Positions 30,803-39,292 of a DNA stretch of 64,000 nt are shown here, in pieces. Every line of letters begins with the position of its first letter. Position 1 is the first letter of the stretch. Origin of the DNA: Candidatus Eiseniibacteriota bacterium (GTDB lineage Bacteria; Eisenbacteria; RBG-16-71-46). A model generated the notes under the pieces. The model was given only the letters and a program-made list of their open reading frames with translations. It searched no databases and had not been told where the DNA came from. The DNA lies in the NCBI GenBank assembly GCA_963725865.1, contig CAVSAC010000014.1, positions 1,600,001 through 1,664,000 on the forward strand. The letters run 5' to 3'. A program made the position numbers and the translations under genes.

Positions 30803-31060
30803 ATGAGACTCATCCGTCTGCCGCTGGCGCTCGCGCTGGCGGCCGCCCTGACCCTCGCCTCGATTCCCGTTCCGTCCCGTGCCGCGCCCGTGACGCCGCC
30901 GCCCAGCCCCGACACGGCCGCCGGCGTGTACGCCGCGGTCGGCTGCGGGATCGGCATCAAGCTCAGCATCCTGTCCATCGGCGACCCGGTCATCGTGGCG
31001 ATCACCGTCACCATGTGCGCGATGATGATCAAGGACGCCTGGGACACGCCGGACCGCTGA
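30803..31060 (+). CDS. Small secreted peptide B (85 aa) with Cys-flanked hydrophobic hairpin
   Basis: GGAGG RBS, Sec signal ending SRA, C-x23-C containing DP-x9-C, GC3-biased codons. Confidence 0.75.
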   Translation: MRLIRLPLALALAAALTLASIPVPSRAAPVTPPPSPDTAAGVYAAVGCGIGIKLSILSIGDPVIVAITVTMCAMMIKDAWDTPDR

Positions 31061-31116
31061 TCCACTCGTCCGCCGCGGAGGCCGACCGCGGCGGACGCGG
31101 TGCTATCCTGTCGCGC

Positions 31117-32022
31117 GTGCCACCGACCATCGCCGTAGCCATCGAGCACGCCCTCGACCGCCTCGCCTCGCACGGTTCACCGCGCGCCGAGGCAGAGGAG
31201 CTGCTCAGCCGCCTGCTCGACCTCAAGCGCACCGAGCTCTACCTGGAGCGCGAGTACGACATGGCCGCGGCGGACGGCGAGCGCTTCGACGAGTGGGTGG
31301 AGCGCCGGGTGCGCGGCGAGCCGATCCAGTACATCACGGGTCGCGCGGCGTTCCGCCACCTCGACCTGGAGGTGCGGCCGGGCGTGCTGATCCCGCGGCC
31401 CGAGACCGAAGGACTCGTCGAGGCGGTGCTCGGCGTGCTGCGGGCCGAGGCCGTGCGCTGGCCGCAGCCGCGGGTGCTCGACCTCGGCACCGGCTCGGGA
31501 GCGATCGCGCTGGCGATCGCGCACGAGTGGCCGGCCGCGCGCGTGGTGGCCACCGACGCCAGCCCGCAGGCGCTCGCGGTCGCGAGCGACAACCTCGAGC
31601 GGCTGGGGCCGGCGGACCGCGTCACGCTGGCGCACGGCGACTGGTTCGACGCCGTCGGGGGCGACGACCGCTTCGAGGTGGTGGTCTCCAATCCTCCCTA
31701 CGTGGCCGAGTCCGAGTGGCCGGACCTGCCCGTCGACGTGCGCGACCACGAGCCGCGCGGGGCGCTGGTGGGGGGCGCGAGCGGCAACGACGACCTGCGC
31801 CGGATCGTGGCCGATGCCCCGCGGCACCTGGTCGCGGGCGGGCTGCTGGCGCTGGAGCTGGCCGAACAGCGCGCCGAGCAGGTGCTCGCCTGGTTCGAAG
31901 GCGCCCACGAATGGACCGATGCCGAGCTGCGCGACGACCTCGCGAGCCGCCCGCGCGTGCTGCTGGCGCGGCGCGCCAGCGGGCCGGCGATCGCGCCCGC
32001 GCAGTGGAAAGAGGAGCGGTGA
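31117..32022 (+). CDS. prmC: Release factor glutamine methyltransferase
   Basis: GEPIQYITG, VLIPRPETE, LDLGTGSG, VSNPPY; GTG start 7 nt after TG-C-TATCCT. Confidence 0.95.
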   Translation: MPPTIAVAIEHALDRLASHGSPRAEAEELLSRLLDLKRTELYLEREYDMAAADGERFDEWVERRVRGEPIQYITGRAAFRHLDLEVRPGVLIPRPETEGLVEAVLGVLRAEAVRWPQPRVLDLGTGSGAIALAIAHEWPAARVVATDASPQALAVASDNLERLGPADRVTLAHGDWFDAVGGDDRFEVVVSNPPYVAESEWPDLPVDVRDHEPRGALVGGASGNDDLRRIVADAPRHLVAGGLLALELAEQRAEQVLAWFEGAHEWTDAELRDDLASRPRVLLARRASGPAIAPAQWKEER

Positions 32023-32288
32023 GCCGCTGGTCCATGCGCCTCGCCGGCCCGGCGTCCGGGACGCGCAGACTCATGCGCCCGCTGCTCGTCGCCGCCGGGC
32101 TCGGCGCGACGGCGGTGTGCGCCCGCCCGACCGCCGCCGGCGGGCGCGCCGCGAGCGGTTGCCCCGAGGGTGCAGGGCGCGGATAATCACCACCGCATGC
32201 GTGCTTCCGGTTCGCACGCTGCTCCGCGATGGACTTCTCCTGATGGCGGTCCCGGGCCGCGCCCCCCGACGGCGCCCCGCCGAACGAG

Positions 32289-33362
32289 GTGACTGCTGCC
32301 ATGGCCGCTTCCGCCGCCGGCTCCTGCTCCGCCTGCTTCTTCACCACCGAATTTCCTGGCGTCACCATCGAGAGCGACGGCCGCTGTTCCGTGTGCCACT
32401 CCACCGACCTCGGTGAGCGGCTCGCGCGCCATCGCAAGGGCGACCTCGACGACCTCAAGCGCATGATCCTCGAGGCGCGCGGCCCCGCGACCGGACGCTA
32501 CGACGTCATCGTCGGTGCCTCGGGCGGACTCGACAGCTCGTACGTGCTCTATCTGACGGTGCGCCGGCTGGGGCTGCGTCCGCTGGTCGTGAGCTACGAC
32601 CACGGCCTCAACCACGTCCGTGCCCAGGACAATCTGCGCGCGCTGTGCCAGAGCCTCGGCGTCGAGATGAAGGTGGTGAAGAGTCGCGGCGGGCACGACC
32701 GGGCCTTCGTCCGCCATGTCGTCCTCGCGCTGCGCGACGCCAGGCTCTACTGGGGCATCTGCCAGTTCTGCGGCTACGCCATCAAGGCGGCGCTCCATCG
32801 CGAGGCCGAGCGCGAGGGGGTCGCAGTGGCGCTCGGCTCGGACAATCACTACGAAGGCATGCTCCACCTCGAGCGCGGCGTGAAGATGTCGGCGATGAAG
32901 CGCGCGCTGCGGCGCGTGCACCCGCTGCGCTGGCCGGCGATGGCCTGGCACGTCGCCGCGGCGATGTACCACCTGCTGCGACTGCGCATGGAGTTCTACG
33001 TGCCGCCGCTCACCAACCTGTTCGTGCGCACTCCGCGCATCGTGGGGCCGCGCTCGATCACGGTCTCGCGCTACATCGACTGGGACGTGCCGAAGATGGT
33101 CGCAACCCTCGAGAGCGAGACCGGCTGGCGGGCGCCGCTGCCGGCGCTGCCGATGCGGTTCGACTGCATGCTCGAGGACAGCCTCATCAACCGGACCTGG
33201 CACACCGTGACCGGTCTCACCGTGCACGGCGTCATCGCCAGCAACTTGGTGCACGGCGGAGTGCACGAGCGCGCCGAACTGGAGGACACCGTGCGGCACT
33301 ATGACGAGGTGATGCCCGAGCGCCAGCGCGAGGTCGAGGCGCGCATCGGAGTCCACTCCTAG
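32289..33362 (+). CDS. PP-loop ATPase, N-acetyl sugar amidotransferase-like
   Basis: CxxC..CxxC N-terminus, YDVIVGASGGLDSSY, LRPLVVSYDHG, WD..K..LESETGW, FDC. Confidence 0.75.
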   Translation: MTAAMAASAAGSCSACFFTTEFPGVTIESDGRCSVCHSTDLGERLARHRKGDLDDLKRMILEARGPATGRYDVIVGASGGLDSSYVLYLTVRRLGLRPLVVSYDHGLNHVRAQDNLRALCQSLGVEMKVVKSRGGHDRAFVRHVVLALRDARLYWGICQFCGYAIKAALHREAEREGVAVALGSDNHYEGMLHLERGVKMSAMKRALRRVHPLRWPAMAWHVAAAMYHLLRLRMEFYVPPLTNLFVRTPRIVGPRSITVSRYIDWDVPKMVATLESETGWRAPLPALPMRFDCMLEDSLINRTWHTVTGLTVHGVIASNLVHGGVHERAELEDTVRHYDEVMPERQREVEARIGVHS

Positions 33363-33439
33363 CAGGCGGAAGCGCGCGACCGCCACGGCGCTCAGCCGCG
33401 CGGGCCGTCGAGTCCGCGCACTGCCGATTCGCGCGCCGC

Positions 33440-33859
33440 TCAGCCGCCGCGCGGCCAGCGCGCCACGAACACCACCGCGAGCGCCATGCCATGCGCGATC
33501 AGCCATCCGTCGCGCCAGCGCGCCGGCGCCCGCCAGCCGCGCGCGATCGCCCACGGAGCGAGCACCCACGCGAGCAGCCCCTCGATCGCGAGCGGCAGCG
33601 CGAGCGGATGCCGCGCTTGCGCCGTCGCCACGTCGCCCTTGGCGAGCGCCGCCAGCGCGCGCGTCATGCCGCAGGTCGCGCAGTCGTGATGCGTGATGCG
33701 GCGGAACAGGCACACCGTCCACGCCGGATCCTCGGGCGGCGTCCATACCGCGAGCACCGCCCAGCCGATCGCCAGCGCGAGTCCGGCGAGCGCCCAGATG
33801 CGCCAGCCCCGGCGACGCGCGTCGTCGGGGCCGGCGGCTGAGGCGACCGTCACGGTCAT
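33440..33859 (-). CDS. DUF2752 membrane protein
   Basis: CLFRRITHHDCATCGMTRA..GD..A..HPL. Confidence 0.85.
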   Translation of the reverse strand: MTVTVASAAGPDDARRRGWRIWALAGLALAIGWAVLAVWTPPEDPAWTVCLFRRITHHDCATCGMTRALAALAKGDVATAQARHPLALPLAIEGLLAWVLAPWAIARGWRAPARWRDGWLIAHGMALAVVFVARWPRGG

Positions 33860-33863
33860 CGGA

Positions 33864-34183
33864 TCAGCGGTGGCCCATCGCGGAGAGCATCGCGAGACCG
33901 CCGAAGAAGAACACCCAGCAGAGCGTGAACGCGAGCAGGATGGTTCCGATGATCCCCATGATCATCCGGCCTTCGCGAGGCCCTCGCCGCTCTGGGGCGA
34001 CTGGCCGGCGCGGATCGCCGCCAGCTCCTGACTGCCCAGGTACCACGCGATCGGAGCGAGGATCTCGCAGCAGATGATGCCGAGGATCGAGAGCACGAGA
34101 CTCCAGGTCGCGCGGTTCGAATTGCTCTTGGGCGGGGCGGGCGTGACCGGAGGGGGCATCGAGGTCATGGGCGGATCCTCCAT
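33864..34183 (-). pseudogene. DUF4190-like membrane protein split by a 1-nt frameshift near 33965 (possibly a sequencing error)
   Basis: ..GEGLAKAG| continues as MIMGIIGTILLA in another frame, giving the usual GxGLAxAGxIxGIIG motif. Confidence 0.7.
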
Positions 34184-34285
34184 GAGGGGCGAGCCACACC
34201 GGCGCCCGATGCGCCGGCCCTGGCGCCCAACCGTCGCGCAGTCTAGTGGGGGCCGCGCGCCGAATCCAGCCTCGAGCGCACGCAG

Positions 34286-35218
34286 CTAGTGATAGTGGCT
34301 GTCCATCTCCCCCGCGCGGATCGCGACCTTGAGCGTGTTCGCCTTGGGCGGGATCGGGCAGTTGTAGTGCTCGCTGACGGCGCAGGCGGGGTTGTAGGCG
34401 AGGTTGAAGTCGAGCACGTACCGCCCGTCGTCGCGCGGCTCCACGTCGACGTAGCGGCCGAGGCCGTAGGACTCCTTCCCGGTGGTGAGGTCGCGGAAGA
34501 AGATCCCCAGGTCGTGCTCGCCGACGCCCGGCTCGAGCAGCCGGGTGGCCTCCAGCCGGCACGTGGTGCCCTTCAGCTTGAACTCGAACCAGCCCGCCCG
34601 CAGCGCGTGGCGCTGGTTGCCGCGCGTGGACAGGATGATCACGGTGTCGGGGCTGGGATTCGGCGTCAGCGAGAGGACGTAGCGGTAGCTCATGTCGGCC
34701 GGGAACCAGTGGAGGCCCTTGTAGTCGGCGAAGCGCGGGCTCTGCGGGTCGAACACGATGATGGCCGGAAAGCGCTGGTGCGAGAGCCGCAGCGTGTAGC
34801 GTCCGACGCGGATGCTGCTCGGGGCCACCATGGCGTCGCGCAGCTCATCGTCCTTCTCCTTGAACGTGGCGCCCGCGTCGAGCGCTTCGACGCGGAACGA
34901 GTCGCCGACCACGGTCACGCGCAGGTGCTCGGGCTTGAGCATCTCGTCGGGGATGCGGACGTCGCACTCGCTCGAGTTACCGACCGTGAGCGCCGTCTTC
35001 TCGCCGAAGTCCTGGCGCTGCACGGTCGCCAGGTACGAGGTCGGGCTGGTCTTGAGCCAGTCGAGCGTCTCGGCGCGGTCCTTCTCGAGCGCCGCGCGCA
35101 GCGAGTCCGCCTCGGCGGGGGCGAGGCGCGCGGGCAGCGCGGGGGCGGAGGCTGCGGGCGCGGCCGCGCAGGCCAACAGGAGCGATGCGGCGCACACCAT
35201 CAGGGACGAGCGCGACAT
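34286..35218 (-). CDS. DUF1684 domain protein, exported
   Basis: FRDLTTGKESYGLGRY, LDFNLAYNPACA, CPIPPKAN.L.VAIRAGE. Confidence 0.9.
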   Translation of the reverse strand: MSRSSLMVCAASLLLACAAAPAASAPALPARLAPAEADSLRAALEKDRAETLDWLKTSPTSYLATVQRQDFGEKTALTVGNSSECDVRIPDEMLKPEHLRVTVVGDSFRVEALDAGATFKEKDDELRDAMVAPSSIRVGRYTLRLSHQRFPAIIVFDPQSPRFADYKGLHWFPADMSYRYVLSLTPNPSPDTVIILSTRGNQRHALRAGWFEFKLKGTTCRLEATRLLEPGVGEHDLGIFFRDLTTGKESYGLGRYVDVEPRDDGRYVLDFNLAYNPACAVSEHYNCPIPPKANTLKVAIRAGEMDSHYH

Positions 35219-35383
35219 GGGTTCCTCCGGTTCACGATCGAGCGACGGACGGCGGCGAGCATAGCCGCCCGCTGCGCACGCGTCACGGCTGCCCGTCCGT
35301 ATCAGTGATTGAGCGCGACCCGGAGGTCGGGCATACTGCCGCGTCGGCTCCCCGCAGGTTCCTCTCTCCTCGAGGTCCCAAGC

Positions 35384-36070
35384 ATGCGCCGCTTGATCAC
35401 GCTGTCGATCGTCGTCGCCGTCCTCGCACTTGGCGCTTCGCCCGCCGCGGCGGCGCGCGCCGAAGGCGGCGCGCACTTCATCGTCGGCGCCCCCCAGGGC
35501 GTGTTCGCCGACGTGGCGCCCACCGGCTACGGGCTCCAGGTGGACGGCGTCTACCACATCGATCCGCAGGGCTGGTTCGGCATCCGCGGCGACGTGGGGT
35601 ATCTCAACTACGGCAACGAGGAGCGCCGCGTCCCGCTCAGCAACACGGTGGTGCTCGTCGACGTGCGCGTGCGCACCAGCCACAATCTGGTCACCGCCGG
35701 CCTCGGCCCGCAGTTCTCGGTGCCCGAGGGGCCGATCCGCCCCTACCTGTTCGGCACCGTGGGGCTCGGCTACTTCTTCACCGAGACCAGCGTGAGCGGC
35801 TCCAACAGCCTCAGCGAGCCGTTCGCGAGCAGCACCAACTTCTCGAACGCGGTGTTCGCATGGAGCGCCGGCGGCGGGGTGCAGGTGCCGTTCAACCGCC
35901 AGATCGCGCTCGACCTGGGCGCCGAGTACCGCGCGCAGAAGGACGCCGAGTACCTGACCAAGGGCAGCATCATCGAGAACTCCGACGGCACGGTCACGAT
36001 CAAGGTGCATCGCAGCGACGCGGACCTGGTGATCTTCCACGTCGGCGTGACGCTGTTCACGCCGCTCTGA
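35384..36070 (+). CDS. Outer membrane beta-barrel protein
   Basis: Signal peptide, alternating beta strands, IRPYLFGTVGLGYF, FAWSAGGG, HVGVTLF end. Confidence 0.85.
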   Translation: MRRLITLSIVVAVLALGASPAAAARAEGGAHFIVGAPQGVFADVAPTGYGLQVDGVYHIDPQGWFGIRGDVGYLNYGNEERRVPLSNTVVLVDVRVRTSHNLVTAGLGPQFSVPEGPIRPYLFGTVGLGYFFTETSVSGSNSLSEPFASSTNFSNAVFAWSAGGGVQVPFNRQIALDLGAEYRAQKDAEYLTKGSIIENSDGTVTIKVHRSDADLVIFHVGVTLFTPL

Positions 36071-36080
36071 GGCCGCGACC

Positions 36081-36875
36081 CTGCGCCCGCGCCCACTGTC
36101 GACCTGGCTGCCGCTGATCGCGCTGCTCGTCGCCGCGCGCGGCGCGACCGCGGGCGGCCTCGACCACGTCGAGGCGACCGTCGGCGGCGCGTGGGCCCAG
36201 CCGCTGGGGTCGTTTGGCGTCGGCGCGGCGGGCGCGCCCGCGATCTGGGTCGCGACCACCGCGCGCACCGACAGCGGCGCCCATCTCGCGCTGCGGCTCG
36301 ACGGCGGCTACACCAGCCTGAAGGTGGGAGCGGAGACGCCGCTGCTCTCGCCCTCGAGCGGCCCGAACACCTCGTTCGCCACGATCACCGAGCGCATGCT
36401 GTGGGTGACCGCGGGCCCGGAGCTGTCGTTCCGCGCCGGGCCGACGCGCATTTATGGGTTCGTGAGTGGGGGCCTCGGCACCTTTCACGCGCACCCGGCG
36501 GTGCGCAGCACCGCCTCGGCGGGCGCCTACCGGCCGGAGTCCTTCGATGCGCCGCCCGGCGGCACCTCGTTCGCGTGGAGCGCGGGCGGCGGCCTCGGCG
36601 TGCCGCTCCTCGGCGGCTTCGCGCTCGACCTGGGCGGCGCGTTCGTGGCGCTCGGACGCTCGGCGATGGTGATCGATCCGCCGCTGGTGCTCGACGCCCA
36701 GCGCCGCGAGAACTTCCAGACCGCGCAGGAGATCCCGAGCGTGATGGTGGTCCGCGTGGGGCTCACGTACTCGCAGCCGCCCGCGCGTCCGGCGGCGACT
36801 GGTCCGCCCGCGCCGCGGCCGAAACGCCCGCGCCCGGTGCCGGCCGCGGCCGACAGCACGCGCGGCGGGCACTGA
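36081..36875 (+). CDS. Second outer membrane beta-barrel paralog (start uncertain, possibly CTG)
   Basis: Open frame from 36081 encodes a signal-like WLPLIALLVAA; shares TAGP, FAWSAGGG, ALDLG and VGxT with the upstream gene. Confidence 0.65.
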   Translation: MRPRPLSTWLPLIALLVAARGATAGGLDHVEATVGGAWAQPLGSFGVGAAGAPAIWVATTARTDSGAHLALRLDGGYTSLKVGAETPLLSPSSGPNTSFATITERMLWVTAGPELSFRAGPTRIYGFVSGGLGTFHAHPAVRSTASAGAYRPESFDAPPGGTSFAWSAGGGLGVPLLGGFALDLGGAFVALGRSAMVIDPPLVLDAQRRENFQTAQEIPSVMVVRVGLTYSQPPARPAATGPPAPRPKRPRPVPAAADSTRGGH

Positions 36876-37128
36876 GTCCACGGCGCCGCGCCGCGACCGC
36901 GCTTCCGAGGTTGCGCGCCGCGGACCCGCCGCCGATAATCGCCGCGCGACACGCGCGATCCTCGACCCGCGCACGCGCGGCGATGCCGCGCGGCCGGCAC
37001 GATCCACGACCGACCCGCGCGCGGCGATCCCGCGCGCTGCCCACAGGAGATGGCGCCCCATGGATGTGAGCGCCCCGGCGACCGGCGGAACCACCGCCGC
37101 GAGCGAACCCACCACCGAAAGAACGCTC

Positions 37129-38382
37129 ATGGACGCACTCGTGATCCAAGGCGGCCACGCGCTCGCCGGCCGCATCGCGGTCAGCGGCGCCAAGAATGCC
37201 GCGCTCCCGGTCATGGCGGCCACCCTGCTGGCGCCCGGCGTGCACGTGCTGCGCAACGTGCCGAGCCTCTCCGACACGCGCACCATGGCGCGCGTGCTCG
37301 AGACGCTCGGCGCCAAGGTGACGTTCGCGGGCGACACCTGCACGGTCGACAGCACTCATCTGACCTCGGTCGAGGCGCCCTACGACCTGGTGCGCACCAT
37401 GCGCGCCAGCATCTACGTGCTGGGGCCGCTGCTCGCGCGCCTCGGCGCCGCCCGCGTGTCGCTGCCCGGCGGCTGCGCGTGGGGCCCGCGCCCGGTGAAC
37501 CTGCACCTCGAAGGGCTCAAGGCCATGGGTGCCACGCTCGAGATCGAGCACGGCTACATCGTGGGCAAGGACGTGCGGCTGAAGGGCGGCGCGTTCAACT
37601 TCGACGTGGTCTCGGTCGGCGCGACCGCGCAGCTCATGATGGCGGCCACGTTGGCCGACGGCACCACGACGCTCGAGAACGTGGCGATCGAGCCCGACAT
37701 CACCGTGCTGGGCGAGGTGCTGGTGGCGTGCGGGGCACGCATCGAGGGGCTCGGCTCGCGCCGCATCGCCGTGCACGGCGTGAAGCAGCTGCGGCCGATC
37801 GACACCAGCATCATCCCCGACCGCATCGAGGCCGCGACGTTCCTCGCCGCCGCCGCGGCGACCGGCGGCACGCTGACGATCGAGCGCTGCGTCCCCGAGC
37901 ACCTGGCCGCGACGCTGCGCAAGCTCGAGGAGATGGGTTGCGAGACCCACGCCGGCGTCGACGAGGTGACGGTCCGCGGGCCGCGACGGCCGGGCGCGTG
38001 CGACGTGACCACCGCGGTCTATCCCGGCTTTCCGACCGACATGCAGGCCCAGATCATGGCGGTCGCCGCGATCGCCGACGGCACCAGCGTCATCACCGAC
38101 ACCATCTACCTGGACCGCTTCACGCACGTGCCGGAGCTCAACCGGCTGGGCGCGAACGTCGAGCAGAAGGGCAACGTCGCCGTGGTGAAGGGCGTCGAGC
38201 GGCTGCAGGGCGCCCCGGTGATGGCCACCGACATCCGCGCGAGCGCGGCGCTGGTGATCGCGGCGCTGGCCGCCGAGGGCGAGACGCGCATCTCGCGCAT
38301 CTATCATCTCGATCGCGGCTACGAGGCCATGGACCGCAAGCTCACCGCGGTCGGCGCGCGCATCGAGCGCGTGAAGGAGTAG
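37129..38382 (+). CDS. murA: UDP-N-acetylglucosamine 1-carboxyvinyltransferase
   Basis: SGAKNAALP, MRASI, LPGGCAWGPRPVNLH, PDRIEA, YPGFPTDMQ, HLDRGYE. Confidence 0.98.
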   Translation: MDALVIQGGHALAGRIAVSGAKNAALPVMAATLLAPGVHVLRNVPSLSDTRTMARVLETLGAKVTFAGDTCTVDSTHLTSVEAPYDLVRTMRASIYVLGPLLARLGAARVSLPGGCAWGPRPVNLHLEGLKAMGATLEIEHGYIVGKDVRLKGGAFNFDVVSVGATAQLMMAATLADGTTTLENVAIEPDITVLGEVLVACGARIEGLGSRRIAVHGVKQLRPIDTSIIPDRIEAATFLAAAAATGGTLTIERCVPEHLAATLRKLEEMGCETHAGVDEVTVRGPRRPGACDVTTAVYPGFPTDMQAQIMAVAAIADGTSVITDTIYLDRFTHVPELNRLGANVEQKGNVAVVKGVERLQGAPVMATDIRASAALVIAALAAEGETRISRIYHLDRGYEAMDRKLTAVGARIERVKE

Positions 38383-38677
38383 CCCGGGCATGGCGCGCGC
38401 GCCGCCCGCTGCATCGCGCCGCTCTGGCGATCGTCTGCGCGCTCGGGTGCACCGCCGCGGCGCGGGGCGCGGCACCGGTCGCCGAGGGTGGGCGGATCGA
38501 GCGGTTCTCCGGCCACGTGCGGGCAGGCGCCGGCTCCGTGGCCATCGCCACCCCGCCGTACCGCGGCGTGAACCCGCGCATGATCGAGGCGTGGCGCTTC
38601 CGCGCGCGCAACGTGACGCCGGTGATCACCTCGATGTCGTTCGACGTCACGCTGACGCCGCCGCCGGAGCCCGCGCG

Positions 38678-39292
38678 ATGAGCAAGCAATACGACCGCGC
38701 CTACTTCGACCGCTGGTATCGCGACCCGCGCTGGACCGTGGTGCACCAGGGCGTGCTCGCGCGCCGCGTGCAGCTCGCGGTGGCGGCGAGCGAGTACCTG
38801 CTCGAGCGCGAGATCCGCACGGTGCTCGACGTCGGCTGCGGCGAGGCGCCGTGGCGCGCGCTGCTCCGGCACGCGCGGCCCAAGGTGCGCTACACCGGCG
38901 TCGACTCGAGCGCGTATGCGGTGAAGCGCTACGGGCGCGCGCGCAACATCCGGCTGGGCTCGCTCGGGACACTCGGGCGCCTGAAGCTCGGCCCGCCGTA
39001 CGACCTCATCGTGTGCTCGGACGTCCTGCACTACGTCGACAACGACGAGGCGGGCCGCGGGCTGAAGGCGATTGCGAAGCTGCTCGGCGGGGTGGCGTTC
39101 ATCGAGATGTTCGCGATGGAGGATGCGACCGAGGGCGACCAGGAGAGCTTCCAGATGCGCCCGGCGGCGACCTACCGGCGGCTGTTCCGCGCGGCCGGGC
39201 TGATCCCGCTGGGGCTCCACTGCTACGCCGGACGCCTGCTGCGGCGCGAGCTCACGACGTTCGAGCGCGCACCGGGAGGACCGCGGCGATGA
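38678..39292 (+). CDS. Class I SAM-dependent methyltransferase
   Basis: VLDVGCGEA, GVDSS, YDLIVCSDVLHY. Confidence 0.88.
   Translation: MSKQYDRAYFDRWYRDPRWTVVHQGVLARRVQLAVAASEYLLEREIRTVLDVGCGEAPWRALLRHARPKVRYTGVDSSAYAVKRYGRARNIRLGSLGTLGRLKLGPPYDLIVCSDVLHYVDNDEAGRGLKAIAKLLGGVAFIEMFAMEDATEGDQESFQMRPAATYRRLFRAAGLIPLGLHCYAGRLLRRELTTFERAPGGPRR

Noticed and set aside
33960..33970. TGA in the DUF4190-like gene as selenocysteine (selB is present)
   Set aside because: The homologous continuation is in a different frame, so this is a frameshift rather than UGA read-through; no selenoprotein was recognised in the window
38383..38681. Possible small secreted protein between murA and the methyltransferase
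   Set aside because: The signal-like frame lacks a canonical in-frame start and has no recognisable family
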